Shown here: piece by piece, positions 55,901 through 58,900 of the stretch
Layout: each line of letters opens with the position of its first letter
How positions within the stretch are numbered: the stretch's first letter is position 1
Assembly (NCBI GenBank): GCA_964385465.1
Contig: CAYLPJ010000003.1
Coordinates: 148,626-212,625 of the forward strand
Length of the DNA: 64,000 nucleotides
Source of the DNA: an uncultured Planctomycetaceae bacterium
Lineage (GTDB): Bacteria > Planctomycetota > Phycisphaerae > SM23-33
Direction: 5' to 3'
Translations under genes and position numbers: made by a program
The notes under the pieces: generated by a model
The model's input: only the letters and a program-made list of their open reading frames with translations
Databases searched by the model: none
What the model was told of the DNA's origin: nothing

Positions 55901-58900
55901 GGTTGCCCAGGACGACTTCTCCGGCTGGTACCTCTACACGCATTCGGACACCGAGCAGACGCACTACCGCGACGCTCGGGGGACCGAGAACGACATCGAG
56001 GACGACGTCTTCCGCGTCCGCGAGTTCAGCCCGTTCTACGTCGACGAGCAGGCCTACTACCGGCGGCTGGACGACGTCGACGCCACGCCGGGCGAGCTCG
56101 GCGACGACGAGGAGACGTTCTACGCCTGGGACAGCGCCGTGCTGGAGACGTTCTACGTCTTCGACGGCACGTACTCGGTGCAGAAGTTCGCCGGTACGAC
56201 CAGCGAGGAGCGCACCGAGGTCCGCCCCGACACCGGCGAGGAATTCACCTTCACCATCGACAGCCCGCTCTACGACGTGCACGACTACCGTGCCCACTTC
56301 CTCGCGGACTCGCCCGATACCGAGTTTGCCGACGCCGAGCTGTTCGTCACCAGCGACGACGAGACCGGCGAGCACGTGCGGGCCTTCCAGGACATCCTCG
56401 ACGACCTGTCGGCCGAGCTGGGCGAGGAAGGCCGGCTCATCGTCCTCTACCCGGGCCAGACGCTCGATGACCTGGATGTCGGCGAGGTCACCGAGGATGA
56501 CATCCTGGTGACCTTCCTGGACTTCACGCCCATCTACCGGCAGGTCTCCAACAGCGAGATCGCCTTCGACGACCCGCAGTCCCACGGCGAGCAGGTGTTC
56601 GAAACGCTGCCTTCGCTGCTGACGGAAGTCTACCGCGGCGGCGTCGAGCTGCTGCCTGTCGAGGCCCCCGAGGCCGGCAACGTCTTCACCGGCGGGCTGC
56701 GGGCGTCCGCATCGGAGCTGATCGAGCTGCTGGCGACCGACCGGCTGACCGGGCTGGAGACCAACGCGCTGCTGTCGGCGCCGACGGTGCGGCTGGCCAG
56801 CGGCGACGTCCTGGAACTCGGCGGGCTCATCCTCGCCAGCGAGTCCGTCCAGGTCGATGCCGGCGGCGGGCTCGTGTTGTCCGAGGACGCCCGCGTCAAG
56901 GCCGGCGCCGTGAACGTCAACAGCGCCTTCGGCGACGTCGTCGGGCGCCAGGGCAGCGTCATCGAGGCCGACACGGTCGATGTCTTCGGCGCCGGGATGG
57001 TGGACATCGTCACCGACGCCCGCGCCGTGGCCGCGTCGGCCGGCCTGTCCGGCGACGTGGTCGTCACCAACATCGGCGACGATCCGGTGACCGTGGAAAC
57101 CCAGACCGACGGCGGGACGGTGGATGTGCGGTCCGATGGCACGATCCAGGCGGGCAACGTCGCCGGCGGCGACGTCTCCCTGATGGCCGGCGGCCGCGGC
57201 GACGTGCTCATCGGGCAGGTCGACGCCACCGGCAACGTCACGCTCGACGCCGCACGCGGTATCGGGTCGTACACGCCGCCGCCTCCCAACGGGCCGCTCG
57301 TGCCCCTCATGGCCGAGCCGCGGCTCAACGTCGGCGGCGACCTGAACGTCATCGCCGGGCTCGGCGCGGACCTGCCGGGCGGCACGGTCGGCGGCGAGAG
57401 CTCCGTTACCGACAACGTCAGCCTGGTGATCGACTCGCTCGACGACCTCCCGGCCACGGGGCCGGCCCACATCGCCGTTGACGGCGACGTGGTGATCGAG
57501 ATCGCGCTGACGCTCCACTACGACCTCACCATCGAGGCCGACAACATCATCTTCTCCGGCGCCGGGGCGATCCTGAATCCCGGCGGCGAGACCAGCCTCA
57601 AGGCCGACGGCGCGGTCATGCTCAACGGCATGCCCTCGCAGGACAACGACGGCGGGAAGGAGGGCACGGTCGTCCTGTCCGGCGAGAGAGTCTCCATCGA
57701 GGCGGCCGAAGTCCTCGGCGGCGGCGAGCGGCTCATCCGCGCCGACCTGCTCCGCGTCGTCACCGAGACGGACCTGGCCCTGATGACCGACGTGGACACC
57801 CTCGAGGCGATCATCACCGGCCGCGGGGACCTTCGCGTCGAGGCGGGCGGCTCGATCGAGCTGCGGGACGTGCAGGTGCACGACGGCAGCGTGATCGTTG
57901 AGGCCCCCGGGGACATCGTGGCCACCGGCGTGGTGTTCGGGACGGACCGTTACGCCAACCGCCTGAGCCTCCAGGCCGGCGGGGAGCTGACGCTGGGCAA
58001 CGTGGTCGTCGGGCGACTGATGGGCACCGAGCTCGAGACCGGGGCGGGGCTGACCAACGCCGGCGGCGTGCTGGACGTGGAGGTCACGCAGGACGACGAC
58101 AGCGTCGTCGAGGACCGGCCCGGCAGCTTCACGGCCCGGGTGACTGACCCGACGCACACCTACGAGCCGGGCGAAACGGTCGAGATGGGGATCGAGTTCG
58201 GCGACGGCTCCCAGCAGATGCTGGACGTGGACGTCGCCGGTCCCCGGGTCGAGGTCATCGGCCCGCCGAGCGAACGGTTCGGCGGCGTGCAGGACTACAG
58301 CGGCATGGGTGAGGCCGTCGTGCTGGCCGACGTCAACGCCGACGGCCTCGCCGACCTGATCCTCGGCGAGGGCCGCCACGACCTGCCCGACGCCGAGGAC
58401 ATCGGCCGAGTGCAGGTCCGCCTCGGCTCGCCCGACGGCCTCGTCGACGACCCGCTGACGCTCTGGGGCAGCGAAAGCGACGACGAGTTCGGCCAAAGCA
58501 TCGCCGGCGGCGACGTCAACGGCGACGGCGTCGACGACATCATCGTCAACGCTCCCGGCTACACGAGCCTGCGGACCACCACCACCGTCCAGCCGGACGG
58601 CACGGTGACGGTCGAGGAGTTCGAGGTCGACGGCGGGTTGTTCGTCTACTACGGCTCGGACGCCGGCCTGAGCGTGGAGCCGTCCTTCGTGCAGCTCCCG
58701 GCCATCCAGAGCATCGCCCCGGCCGGGGACGTCAATGGCGACGGCATCGACGACATCCTGGCCATGGACCCCTCGGCGGAGGTCGACCGGGTCATCGACG
58801 GAGAGCTGGAGACGCTCCCGTTCGCCGGGCGCGTGACGCTGCACCTCGGCTCGGCCGAGGGCCCGGCCGCCGAGCCGGTCTGGAGCTACGAAGGCAGCGA

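Noticed and set aside
22806-58844. Four very long antisense ORFs opposite the giant gene (22806..30467, 30606..42773, 43305..49970, 49974..58844; up to 4055 aa), plus 19641..22460
   Set aside because: Their translations are low-complexity R/G/V/D/H/A-rich strings with no recognisable domains. The sense frame carries RTX, CTLD, FG-GAP, coiled-coil and dockerin signatures and a proper RBS/ATG. Long stop-free antisense frames are expected by chance in ~70% GC DNA that encodes Asp/Gly/Val/Ala-rich protein.
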